Shown piece by piece: positions 1 through 10,700 of a stretch of DNA of 39,435 nt. Made by a program: the position numbers and the translations under genes. The notes beneath the pieces were generated by a model. That model was not told the DNA's origin, ran no database searches, and saw nothing but the letters and a program-made list of their open reading frames with translations. Numbering within the stretch: position 1 is the first letter of the stretch; every line of letters starts with the position of its first letter. This stretch comes from Chiloscyllium plagiosum (taxonomy: Eukaryota): the NCBI RefSeq assembly GCF_004010195.1, contig NC_057719.1, positions 82,817,060-82,856,494 on the forward strand. Direction: 5' to 3'.

Positions 1-360
1 AGCATCCACCCCCTCCACCACCGATGTGTTCTCTCTGCTGCCGAAATTCACCCAAGATCCTCAGACAGCACCTTCCAAACCCATGACCACTTCCATTTGG
101 AAGGATAAGGGCAGCAAATAAATGGGAACACTACCACCTTCAAATTCCACTCCTAGCCACTCAATACCATTCTGACTTGGATATATATTGCCATTCCTTC
201 ACTGTCGCTGATTGATACCTTGGAATTCCTTCCTAATGCATTGTGGGTCAACCCGCAGCACATGGACTGCAGTGGTTCAAGAAGGCAGGTCACCATCACC
301 TTCTCAAGGGCAACTAGGGAGGAGCAAATGCCCTATGTCCATATCCTATTAGTGAATTTT
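1..360 (+). mobile_element. 3' end of a CR1/L2-group LINE
   Basis: Recognised tail ...CAGTGGTTCAAGAAGGCAG..CACCTTCTCAAGGGCAACTAGGGA. Related pieces at ~16440-16530 and ~30510-30590. Confidence 0.65.
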
Positions 361-467
361 TTAAGAAAAGAGACAGAGTAGAAGAAACAGGTACCTTGGA
401 AAACTTGCATTGTTAATATATATTGATAGTTAACTTTAATTCTCTTCGTATTTTCTTTTTTCGATAG

Positions 468-553
468 GTCCTTCTGTCAGTGTTCAGAGCTGTAAACTCC
501 TGGCAAGGGAGCTGCAGAGCTGCTTCGAGAGAGCCCTGACTCTTTACCGGACA
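468..553 (+). CDS. MAPKBP1: MAPKBP1 penultimate coding exon (partial gene, upstream exons outside window)
   Basis: Pyrimidine tract + AG at 466-467 and GTGAGT donor at 554. Reads xPSVSVQSCKLLARELQSCFERALTLYRT, resembling the human MAPKBP1 segment PAVSLEQCEQLVAELRGSVRQAVRLYHS (recalled). Ends in phase 0, matching the next exon. Confidence 0.88.
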
Positions 554-664
554 GTGAGTGTTGCTAGCATCATTAACAGTGTCAAACATGGATCTGGGTG
601 GGGGCGGGGGGGGGAGTCAGTTGCACATGAAGCCATCAAAAAACAAAACCTTACTGAGCAAGTT

Positions 665-950
665 CCATCCGTGGCTTACGAAGGAGGTTCAGCGGTAGCA
701 TTAGGTTAAAGTAAGAGGCTCATAAAGTTGTAAAGAATAGAAGTAAGCCTGAGGATCGGGAGTATTTTGGAAATCACCGAAGGTCAACAAGTTAATGAAA
801 GGGAAAAAAGAAATAGAATGTGAGTAGATTTATGAATTTAGAAACAGATTGTTAGAACTATATAAAAAGGAGAGGATCAGGATACATGATCACAGGGAAT
901 TAAGAAATCCAAAGACATTGACTAAATATTTGAGTCTGTCGTCACAGTAG
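665..950 (+). mobile_element. Decayed CR1 ORF2 fragment
   Basis: Frameshifted PWLTKEV...KPEDxEYF...KYxxSVxTV linker region of CR1 ORF2. Confidence 0.65.
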
Positions 951-1011
951 TTTATTATTAATTTATTTATTTATATAATAATGATTATTATTTATTTTCT
1001 CTATTATTATT
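951..1011. repeat. AT-rich (TTA/ATT)n low-complexity tract
   Basis: Seen directly. Confidence 0.8.
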
Positions 1012-1033
1012 TCTGTAATTACTTCCCATCCTC

Positions 1034-1320
1034 GGGCGGTACAGTGGTTATCACTGCTCCCTCACAACGCCAGAGACCTGGGTTCAAATCCTGCCTCGTG
1101 CAACTGTCTGTGTGGAGTTTGCACATTCTCCCTGTGTCTGCATGGGTTTGCTCCGGTTTCCTCCCACAGTCTAAAGATGTGCAGGTCAGGTGAATTGGCC
1201 ATGCTAAATTGCCTGTAGTGATGGGGGAATGGGTCTGGGTGGGTTGCTCTTCGGCGGGTTGGTGTGGACTTGTTGGGCCGAAGGGCCTGTTTCCACAGTA
1301 TAAGTAATCTAATCTAATCT
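1034..1320 (+). mobile_element. HE1-type V-SINE (tRNA-derived)
   Basis: A/B boxes (CAGTGGTTA, GGTTCAAATCC), V-domain TGTGTGGAGTTTGCACATTCTCCC...GGTTTCCTCCCACAGTC, CR1-like 3' end and (TAATC)n tail. Confidence 0.9.
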
Positions 1321-1329
1321 GTTTTTCAG

Positions 1330-1641
1330 GTCGCTGATAACAAGGTCTCGTCAGACGAGAACAACCAAATGACTGCCATTCTCTCAGAGACATTTTCTTT
1401 TGTAAGGAAAGAATTGGACTGTCTCCAACATCCAGGACGACAGCCTGGCTCACCCCCCCAGGGGCCAGGCCAGGCGGCCTGTGCCTCTTGCCCGGTGGGT
1501 AGCCCCCCAGCGAAGGGCGACTCCTTAGAGGATGAAAAGACCCTGGCCTTACTTGAGCAGTATTCCGAACGTTTACTCCAGGCTGTGGAGCGAAGGATGG
1601 ATCATAAGCAGCCTGGAGGAAAGGGCAGTGCGGGACTGTGA
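1330..1641 (+). CDS. MAPKBP1: MAPKBP1 terminal coding exon (C-terminal helical dimerisation domain)
   Basis: TTTTTCAG acceptor at 1322-1329. Frame VADNKVSSDENNQMTAILSETFSFVRKELD...ALLEQYSERLLQAVERRMDHKQPGGKGSAGL*, matching the MAPKBP1 C-terminus (ALLEQYSELLLRAVERRMERKL) better than WDR62. Upstream-of-JMJD7 position agrees with known synteny. Confidence 0.92.
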   Translation, partial: VADNKVSSDENNQMTAILSETFSFVRKELDCLQHPGRQPGSPPQGPGQAACASCPVGSPPAKGDSLEDEKTLALLEQYSERLLQAVERRMDHKQPGGKGSAGL

Positions 1642-2889
1642 ATATTATGACGCCCAATGTAATCGTGGGGCTTGCACACTCACCTACTGCCCCCCTGCAC
1701 TGAGAACCATTTTAAAAAGAAACCCATTCTTCTCACTGGGCCGGGAGAAATGAAAATCGTACAACACTATCGAGTTGACCTCAACTCACCTCATATTTAA
1801 CCTGGGATGGGTTAAGTTTGATTGTGTAATTGACTGTGAGATACCTTTGTTAACCCCGAATTTTCCTCCGCCTGTAATTGAAGGCTGTAAGGTCAAGTCA
1901 AAGGGGATCATGCCATTTTACTGTTCAGGGTGGCCACCTCCGCTTCTGAAGTGGTCAGTGGAAGCGTCGTCTGTTGAACCTGGAGAGCGACAGGCAGGGA
2001 TATTGGCTGGGCAGCGTGGGAGTGCTGGTGAACCACGGGACGGGAACGTGGAGCGGAGCGGTGGGGTGCACAAGCTCCTCGGGACGACAGACGTACGGCG
2101 GAAACAAACGTGTCATTTCTTTGGCCCGGTAGATGGTACTGCAGGAAGGTAGAAGCCATGTCGCCGCCATTCAGGGTTCGCCTCCCAAACCTTGTTGTAG
2201 GGTCCTCTCACTCAGTACCTTGTGTCCTCTATATTTCCTCTTACTCTTTGGCTCCCTGTCACTTCCCTTCTCCAACCGGATGTGGCGCGGGCTCCTCCAG
2301 TTAGGGTCTGAATCTGTCCGGTACAGTGACCATGAGCTGTTTCTGAAACTAAACCCCTGCAATGGAGCAATACAGATAGTGACATTTTTGGAACTGAGCC
2401 TTAGGGACAAAGGGTTGAAATGCTGTCGGTCCCTTTAAGGGAGTGAAGGTGGTGTTACAGCCCACTTTGCACTATGCATATCCATCACAATGTGCGATAC
2501 TGTGTGCGTTCCCCATTGATTGGACCACAAATTCCTCCATTTTCCTCTGTTTGGGAAACTGGAGGGAGATAACATTTAGGAATATTGTCTTACAAAACAA
2601 AATGTGTTTACTTTGAGGAGAGTGTGAGGGTGGGGAAGATACAGCTATGACAAATGAGAAACGATGTCCTCCCACTGAGTAAGGAGCTGCGGAGCCCCTT
2701 TTTGCTGTTTGTCCTGTATGAGTGAACAGTCCTCTCCCCCTCGATGGATCCCCACTGCCTGCCCCCAACATGCTCCACCTCAGTCAGAACGCCCTCCTCA
2801 GAAATGCTCAACCTTTCCCTCAGACTCTCCCTCAGCCATTCCCCCACCCCACCCTCATTCTGATTCACCTTTCTTCTTTATTCCCTCAT

Positions 2890-3205
2890 CAGTTCTGGCC
2901 ATCCCTAATTGCCCAGGGGGCAGTTAAGAGTCAACCGCATTGCTGTGGGCCTGGAGTCACACATAGGCCAGACTAGGTAAGGACGACAGATTTCCTTCCC
3001 TGAAGGGCATTAGTGAACCAGATGGTTTTTATTCCCTCCTGACAATCAGAAGTGATTTTGTGATCATCATTAGACTCTTATTCCCAGACTTCTATTGAAT
3101 TCACATTCCACCATCTGCCATGGCAGGAATCAGATCCGGGTCCCCAGATATCACCCCAGTCTCTGGATTGATAGTCTAGTGATAATAGCACTAGGCCTTC
3201 ACCTA
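2890..3205 (-). mobile_element. tRNA-derived SINE (SacSINE1/DeuSINE-like)
   Basis: Second copy at ~20335-20692. tRNA-like head on the minus strand; 3' tail (GGGCAATTAGGGATGG) shared with the LINE end at 1-360. Confidence 0.7.
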
Positions 3206-3569
3206 CCTTCACAGATATACGTTTCTGTACAGGACAAGAAAGTTGAGCAGTGTGAGGCAGAAGGGAGGTTTAATGCCACATTGGATAAAGCAGCAGAATG
3301 GAAACCCATTGGTGTTGTGTCGTGGTGGACGTGTGTTGGCTTCCTGGAATAAGGTCACTGCAAACCCCGTAACACTGTTTGAATCAGTTCTTTCAGGGTG
3401 GATGTAATTGTTAAGCCAGTGCTGACTGCCAAACGCAGACTGTATTCAAGACAACATTCATTCAGCTGGTTCCATATGTCAATGAAACCACACCCAAGGA
3501 AAGTCAGAACCCCCCACATGTTGTGAGAATTCTCCAGTGTCTGAGTTGACATTCCAAACTTTGTACAAT

Positions 3570-4260
3570 AACACTGGACGGGAATTTACACACGCACACG
3601 CGCACACACACACTGGACAGGAACTCTATCTCTCACACACACACACTGGACAGGGACACACACTCGCGCGCGCACACACGCTGGACAAGAACTCACACAC
3701 ACACACACACCCGCGCGCACACACACGACAGGAACTCTATCTCTCACACACACACACACACTGGACAGGAACACACACACACACACACATACTGGACAGG
3801 AACTCTATCTCTCACACACACACTGGACAGGAACACACACTCGCGCGCGCACACGCTGGACAAGAACTCTCTCACACACACACACACACACACTCACTGG
3901 ACAGAATCACACACTGGACAGGAATGAACTCACACACACACACACTGGATAGAATCACACACTAGACAGGAACTCTCTTTCTCACACACACACAGGACAG
4001 AAACTCACACACTGGACAGGAACTCTGTCTCTCTCTCACACATACACACACACAGGACAGGACAGAAAGTCACACTGGACAGGAACTCTGTCTCACACAC
4101 ACACACAGACACAGGACAGGAATTCTCTCACACACTGGACAGGAAATCCCACACAATGAACAGGGTTTCTTACACTCACTGGATGGAACTCACAAACAAT
4201 GGGCACAAATTCAAATACTAGACATAAACTCATAAACACCGGGCTGGAACTGGAATTCAA
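3570..4260 (+). repeat. Compound tandem array: CTGGACAGGAACTC(TC)n(CA)n units
   Basis: Roughly 20+ copies of a CTGGACAGGAA core separated by variable CA/CG/CT microsatellite; decays towards 4260. Confidence 0.92.
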
Positions 4261-5894
4261 GATAGGAATTCACAAATTCAGGCCATTGAAAACTTTGAAA
4301 ACTTTTACCAAACATTGATAATTATCCAAAACTTGGGTAGGAATCCTGTAACTGAAGTATTCTGAGGGTCCCCCACTATCTCTTATGTCCAAGTGTCCCT
4401 TATGTTTTGTTTCCCCGTTGCAGTTCATCACCGTGGATATTGGGGATAGTGAAATCCTATTTGTGAGACCTATCCTGATGCTTAGCCGAGTATTCCATAT
4501 TACACAAGAAGCAGCCATGCTTCATACCAATACATCACACCAATGAAGTGGAGAGCATTAGAAAGTTGAATGCTGTTTGGGAAAGCGTTTCCTCCAGCCA
4601 CTGGCTGTTCTGCTCAGACACTAGGTTTAGGTCTGGACGGTGGGGACCTTTCATTCAGTGAGTGAGTAGAACTGTCTGCTAAGGGTGTTAGACTATCGTC
4701 ATTTCTCACTTGTGCATCATTGACTGGAGTTTCAAAAGGGAAATGAGACACCCGTTCTCTTTTTTTTTTGGTAGGAGAGAAGTCTTTTTTAAAACGACTT
4801 TTTCAAGTTTTTTGCAGAATATGGAGACTTTGTACAGAAGGCCACGATTAGCAATTGCATGCTCTCACATCCGTGACAAATAGCCTTACTCTACTTCTGT
4901 TCACTGGATGGGTCCCATAGCGTGGTGATGAGCCAGAGATTTCGGGAAGTGGGCAGGTTTTGAGTCCTGATCTCAGAGCGCAGCCGGGCAAGGGTGAACT
5001 GGGCTGAGAACATGCGATTGGCCTTGGGTTTCCCTGAGCAGGGGAGGTGGAGGACAGACGCCAAAGAGTGGTGTTGCATGCTGACCATTTAGGTAGGATC
5101 ATGTTCAGCTGTGCGGCCTATACCCTCTCCCGTGTGGGAATTGTCCCCACTCCTCTCCCCCTCAACCCCTTCCCCGTCCAGCACCACCATCCAGTGCCAC
5201 AAACACAAGGACACAACAGAAGGTAGGCGTGGGGTCAGCTTACTGTGAGAGGCTTGTGAAATGCAAGTCTGATCCGACCTCCAGGAGGAGGGAGGGTGGC
5301 TGGTTTACTCCCCGAGTTGCTGGCAACGTGGGCACATTCTGCCAGTAGAGTTGGCGTATCCTTCCTCTGGTGTAGGGAGTAAGGCCAACCTCTCTCAGAG
5401 CCAGCTTCCAGCCTTCAGGATCCGCTGCCATCATGGGGGTTTGTTTGTACGTTTTTCTAACAACGCCCCCGCGCCCCCGTTCAAAGACGTGACTTTGGTT
5501 TGCTAGGGACCGTCCAAATTTTTATGATTATTTTAAATGTGAAGAACGAAAAAGATTTCTACCTGCAAACGCGACAAGGGTATTGGGACATTGGGGTCTA
5601 GTATGTGCATGAAGGTTCTTTGAATAGTGCATTGTGATGATGCAGATCAGTGGTGCATGCTGAAGGTCACTTTGGAAACTTTTTAAACTCTTTTCAAACC
5701 ATTGTCAGTGAAGATTAATTCCAATGTATTTTATAATGGAAGTACAGTCTTCATCCTCTAATGGGCTATGAAACTAATTTTTAAGCTGGTCGCTGTGAAC
5801 ATTTCTCTTCTCCCTGTGTGATGTAAGTGACTGTTTTTATCTGTTTTTTGCCATAGTGTTTGTACAATATGTTGGTCGCATCTTAAATATTTGC

Positions 5895-5900
5895 AATAAA
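5895..5900 (+). promoter_or_regulatory. Candidate polyadenylation signal
   Basis: AATAAA following a U-rich, TGTA-containing stretch; dense TE insertions start ~220 bp later. Confidence 0.5.
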
Positions 5901-6124
5901 AGCCCCAATGTTTGGGAGAGAAATCTTGGAGACCGCTCCTGTCAAAGTGAATGAAACAGTGGTGGGATCTTCGTGGATGAGTGCTGTTTCTGTTTGATGA
6001 TAACGCCAAGATCTGCATCTTGAGCCACACCTAACGCAGATCATATGGGATCATGTTCTGTGCAAGTTGGATGCCATGTTCCCTACACTCTCACAGTAGC
6101 ATCAGTTCAGAAGTGTGTCATTGA

Positions 6125-8204
6125 TGATATGGACCGGACCAGACTCCCTCGATATATATTACGAAGGTAGCTTAGACCCGAACTTTTTCGTGTTTTTAAA
6201 GGTAAATGTCAGATGAGATTCAATTGATCAAAATAATCAGCGTAACACAGAACATAATTTATTCCAACGCAATAGTTAAAATACAACAAAAGGAAGAAGA
6301 ACTTGGGATAACTTAACTCTATTGGAAAACTTAACAGAATAATAGATGCAGTTACTATTACTGATTAACTGTTCCAACGTAGCAACATCCCATAAACACA
6401 CCCTTGGCAAAAGGCAAATTCAGAAAACAGATTTTGCCTCACATGCATTCTAGGAGCACAGGAAGAGAAACCCCCAGCTTTTGGCTGTAATCAAAGAGAG
6501 GGGGATATTGCTTCCACTTCTTCAAGCCCACAACATCAACTGCTGAAGGCTAACCCTAAAATCCTGGGTTCTGTGGGTGGGAGTCAGAGAGTCAGAGAGA
6601 TGTACAGCATGGAAACATCCTTCAGTCCAACTGGTCCGTGCTGACCAGATATCCTAACCCAATCTAGTTCCATTTGCCAGCATTTGGCCCATATCCCTCT
6701 AAACCCTTCCTATTCAGATACCCATCCAGATGCCTTTTAAATGCTGTAATTGTACCAGCCTCCACCACTTCCTCTGGCAGCTCATTCCACACACGCACCA
6801 CCCTCTGTGTGAAAACATTGCCCCTTAGGTCCATTTTCAACCTTTCCCCTCTTACCCTAAACCTATGCCCTCTAGTTCTGGACTCCACTACCCCAGGGAA
6901 AGACCTTGTCTATTTACCCTATTCATGCCCCTCATGATTTTATAAACATCTATAAGGTCACCCCTCAGTCTCCAATGCTCCAGGGAAAACAGCCTCAGCC
7001 TGTTCAGCCTCTCCCTATATCTCAAATCTTCCAACCCTGGCAACATCCTTGTAAATCTTTTCTGAACCCTTTCAAGTTTCACAATGTCCTTCCTGTAGGA
7101 GGGAGACCAGAATTGCATGCAATATTCCAACAACGGTCTAACCAGTGTCCTGTACAGCTCCCAACTCCTGCACTCAATGCCCTGACCAATTAAAGAAAGC
7201 ACACCAAACGTCGTCTTCATTATCCTATCTACCTGCAACTCCACTCAATGAACTATGACTCTGCACTTCAAGGCCTCTTTGTTCAGTAGCACTCCCCAGG
7301 ACCTTACCATTAAGTGTATAAGTCTTGCCCTGATTTGCCTTTCCAAACCGCAACACCTCACATTTATCGAAATTAAACTCCATCTGCCACTCCTTGGCCC
7401 ATTGACCCATTTGATCAAGATCCCATTGTACTCTGAGGTAACCTTCTTTGCAAGAGGGTTAGCAGGTCACCCACCCTGCTGTGCTGCCAACTCACTCACT
7501 CTGGACACCTCCCCATCTACACCAGTACTAACAGCTATGCCACCCAATTCCATCTCCCACTACACCTCCAAATTTGGTGTCATCTGCAAACTTATTAACT
7601 ATACCTCTTATGCTCACATCCAAATCATTTATATAAATGATGAAAAGTAGTGGACCCAGTACCGATCCTTGTGGCATTCCACTGATCACAGGCCTCCAGT
7701 CAGAAAAACAACCCTCCACCACCACCCTCTGTCTTCTACCTACGAGCCAGTTCTGAATCCAAATCCAAATTCTCCTTGTATTCCATGAGATCTAACCTTG
7801 CTAACCAATCTCCCATGGGGAACCTCGTCGAACGCGTTACTGAAGTTCACATAGATCATGTCCACAGCTCAGCCCTTTTAATCCTCTTTGTTACTTCTTC
7901 AAAAAACTCAGTCAAGTTAGTGAGACCTGATTTCCCACATACAAAGCCACGTTGACTATCCCTAATCAGTCCTTGCCTTTGCAAATACATGTAAATCCTG
8001 TCCCTCAGGTTTCCCTCCAACAATTTGCCACCACCTTGACCACACCCATTCAGGCTGCTTCTATTGTTACAACTTTCCAAACAAAAATACCCAAGTCTTC
8101 ACAAGGTGTTTATCTTCTCATAGACTCATCAGTACTGGCACCCCGATCTCTCTCTGAAGGAAACCAGGACAAAACACACCTCTTAAAGCTACAGCATCAT
8201 CACA
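6125..8204. mobile_element. Solo LTR split by a CR1 insertion (LTR parts ~6125-6581 and ~8034-8204)
   Basis: TG...CA termini, flanks TTGA/TTGG (imperfect 4 bp TSD), homologous throughout to 24845-25496. Confidence 0.75.
6582..8033 (-). mobile_element. 5'-truncated CR1 (HER1-like) LINE
   Basis: Broken RT frames ([33 protein letters not shown]) and the CR1 3' UTR/tail at the left end. Confidence 0.93.
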
Positions 8205-8565
8205 TTGGCTGTGACAAGATTTGAGGTGGACCTAAGGACAGGGAAGTTGCTACTTAACTGCAAGTCTTACGGATGAATCATACATTTTGTGTAGGCTTTG
8301 ATGAGTTCCATTGAGTTTGATGGAAGATTTCTTTCTGAGATGGCCTAGTGAGTTGCTCACTGTATCTCACCATGCCCACCTCTTTAGCAACCTGCCTGGC
8401 CCTCTCCCCGCTCATCCGATTTGAGTCCCATCTTCTCACCTCAACTTACCATGGAATGGATTACTATCCTTGGCGCCGACGCCATCTTTAAAAGGCCACG
8501 TCACGCCCAGACAAGCTCTTGTCAGTCTGAGCTGCTTTGCACGGTTCCTGATACTTTCCCCAGAC

Positions 8566-8790
8566 ATGGCAGAGAGGTGAATGTTGGTTCCCTGCTTTGA
8601 CAGCAGGGCCCTCAAGATCCTGTTGGATGAGATGGTACAGACATGTGACATCCTCTTTTCCCATGACCAGCAGTGGAGGCCATTACACCAGACCATGCCA
8701 GCTTGGTCTACGGCTGCCCTCCAGGTCAGGGCGGTCTCAGCTGTCTGCAGCAATGCCCAGGAACGTAGGAAGAAGGTCAATGTCCTCCAC
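8566..8790 (+). pseudogene. Decayed Myb/SANT-like DNA-binding ORF, probably from a PIF/Harbinger transposon (element ~8300-9130)
   Basis: ATG at 8566, in-frame TGA at 8578-8580, then PCFDSRALKILLDEMV..DILF....W......V.AVS...AQERRKKVNVL, a pattern typical of Harbinger Myb/SANT proteins. Confidence 0.6.
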
Positions 8791-9205
8791 AATCCACCAC
8801 CATCTTCTCAATTACACCTCACTCTCACTCGATCTCTGAACCCAATACCCACCAAGGCTCATGCTCTACCGTGCTCACCATTGCTTGCACTGTTGCCCCA
8901 CACTCATGGTCACCCACCCTGCTAACCCTCTTGCCTGTCTTCTGTGCTGCCAGCTCACTCACTCTGGACACCTCCCCACCCATTTCAGCACTAACAGCTG
9001 TGCCACCCACTTCCATCTCCCATCATTCCTGCCACTCTCTCATTCCGGGAGGGAAAACAGCCCCCAGTGGTTGTTGGCCAAGGTGGCTGATGGGCTCCTT
9101 TACATTTGGCTCCTCATCCTTTACACAACATGGGAACAAAGAGGCGGAATAGGCCATTTGGCCCATTGAGCCTGTTCCACTACTCAATGATACTCTATCG
9201 CAACG

Positions 9206-9428
9206 ATTAGAGTGGTGCTAGAAAAGTGCAGCAGGTCAGGAAGCATCCGAGGAGCAGGAAAAATAGATGGTTCGGGCAAAAGCCCTTCATCAGGAAAGAC
9301 CTGATGAAGGGCTTTTGCCTGAAACGTCTACTTTTCCTGCTCCTCGGATGCTGCCTGACCTGCTGTGCTTTTCCAGCATCACTCTGATCTTGACTGTAAT
9401 CTCCAGCATTTGCAGTGCCCACTTCTGC
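9206..9428 (+). mobile_element. Penelope-like family A fold-back insertion
   Basis: Inverted arms ~9205-9294 / 9300-9389; imperfect 13 bp TSD at 9193-9205 / 9429-9441; CTGATGAAGGGCTTTTGCCTGAAACGTC motif. Confidence 0.75.
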
Positions 9429-9516
9429 CTCTATCTCAATGCCATATTCCCAGTTTCTCCCCATACTACTTGACACCACCAAAATCCAAAAACGTATCCC
9501 TCTCTTTCTTGAGCAT

Positions 9517-9700
9517 GACGTCAGAAGTCACACCAAACGAGGTTATAGTCCAACAGGTTTATTTGAAATCACAAGCTTAAGGCGAGTTGCCCCCTTGGTG
9601 CGGGAGGTGACATCTCAAATAAACCTGTTGGATGACAACCTGGTGTCATGTGACTTCTGACTTTGTCCACCCCCAGTCCAACAACGGCCCCTCCACATCA
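9517..9700 (+). mobile_element. Penelope-like family B fold-back insertion
   Basis: Inverted arms ~9520-9566 / 9615-9661; imperfect 12 bp TSD at 9505-9516 / 9701-9712; same family as 22696-23640 and 26660-27164. Confidence 0.7.
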
Positions 9701-10056
9701 TTCCTTGAGTATATTCAGCGATTGAGCTTCCACAAACCTTCCAGCAATTTCTGTTTTTGCACCTATCCATCATGTTCGGTGTTACTGTATTGCGCATTGT
9801 GGGCTCCAAGCATCAAATGAACAATTGGGTGATATAATGGTGGAGGTAATGAGTGAAAATTGCCACAGTTTATTTACTGGTGGTGGGAAAAGGAAATTGG
9901 CTGTGAAAGATAACGTTTCCAGATAGAACGAGAGAATAAGACACCCAGATCCTTTTCTGTATCCACACTTCTCAATTTATCCCCACTGAAATAATACTCT
10001 CCCTCTCTAATTTTACATCAGAATGAACAGGACATTTATCCCCATTCAATAAAGTA

Positions 10057-10385
10057 CGGAGCTGAAAATAGCACAGCAGGTCAGGCAGCACGTGAGGAGC
10101 AGCAGAGTTGGCTTTTCAAGCAGGACCCTTCATCAGGAATGTTGGGGGGGTGGGGGGGGGGGGAGGGGATGGGGAATAAATAGGGGGTGAGGTGGTGGGG
10201 CTAAGGGAAAGGTGGCTGGGAAGGTGATAGGTGGGGCCCACCAATCCACTCCACGCTTCCCACTGACCTATCACAATCACCTCCTACCTGCACCCGCCTA
10301 TCGCCATCCCAGGTACCTTTCCCCCAGCCCCACCCCATTTCCCCCCCCCATTTATATCTCAGCCCTCTCTTCCCCCACCACATCC
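10057..10385 (-). mobile_element. Decayed Penelope-like family A copy with inverted G-rich/C-rich 3' UTR arms
   Basis: GCACAGCAGGTCAGGCAGCA...CCCTTCATCAGGAAT, then a G-rich block (10141-10237) and its approximate reverse complement (10285-10385). Confidence 0.6.
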
Positions 10386-10444
10386 CTTTTACATGAACTG
10401 GACAGCGGTTATTGTGAATACAGGAGCGGCCGAAGCACAAAATA

Positions 10445-10700
10445 GAATTAGGTGTTATTGTCAGGTGTGCTTAAGCACATGGATACAGGAGCGCGGTGAA
10501 AAGTTTGCAATGTCACCATTCTCGGCGCCATCTTAGGTACAAGGCACCTAGGTACAAAATTTGAGGTAAAAAGTAGAAAAATATGTAAGTTAAAAATTCA
10601 ACATTGCGGTCCTTCTCAGTATAAAAATAGCAAACAACAAATAGAGGTAAAAGTTTCAAATTACAGACCTTCTTTGGCTATGAACCTGCACTCGCTCCAT
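10445..10700. repeat. Unclassified interspersed repeat (second copy ~12890-13088, probably continuing 13376-13712)
   Basis: Shared TTATTGTCA...GTGAAAAGT...GCCATCTTAGGTA..TACC..GGTACAAAA blocks in both copies. Confidence 0.65.

Larger units (their letters stand above)
1642..5920 (+). other. MAPKBP1: Probable long MAPKBP1 3' UTR
   Basis: Follows the stop codon and is TE-poor compared with the rest of the window. Ends in a U/A-rich block (TGTATTTTATA, TTTGTACAATA) with AATAAA at 5895-5900. No transcript evidence. Confidence 0.5.
9135..9745 (-). mobile_element. Old CR1 3' end interrupted by two Penelope-like insertions
   Basis: AGGCCATTTGGCCCATTGAGCCTG... resumes after each insert (9429-9516, 9701-9745). 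Confidence 0.65.

Noticed and set aside
1034..1100. tRNA gene (A/B boxes here and at 11072, 16552)
   Set aside because: These are tRNA-derived SINE heads followed by SINE body, or truncated; no complete cloverleaf.
1330..1641. WDR62 instead of MAPKBP1
   Set aside because: The LEQYSE.LL.AVERRM ending and adjacency to JMJD7 favour MAPKBP1.
1019..1657. 212 aa minus-strand ORF
   Set aside because: Antisense shadow of the MAPKBP1 exon plus SINE sequence.
3570..4260. CRISPR-like repeat-spacer appearance; His/Thr-rich ORF 3537-3965
   Set aside because: Spacers are microsatellite, not unique; the context is eukaryotic with no cas genes; the ORF is a by-product of (CA)n.
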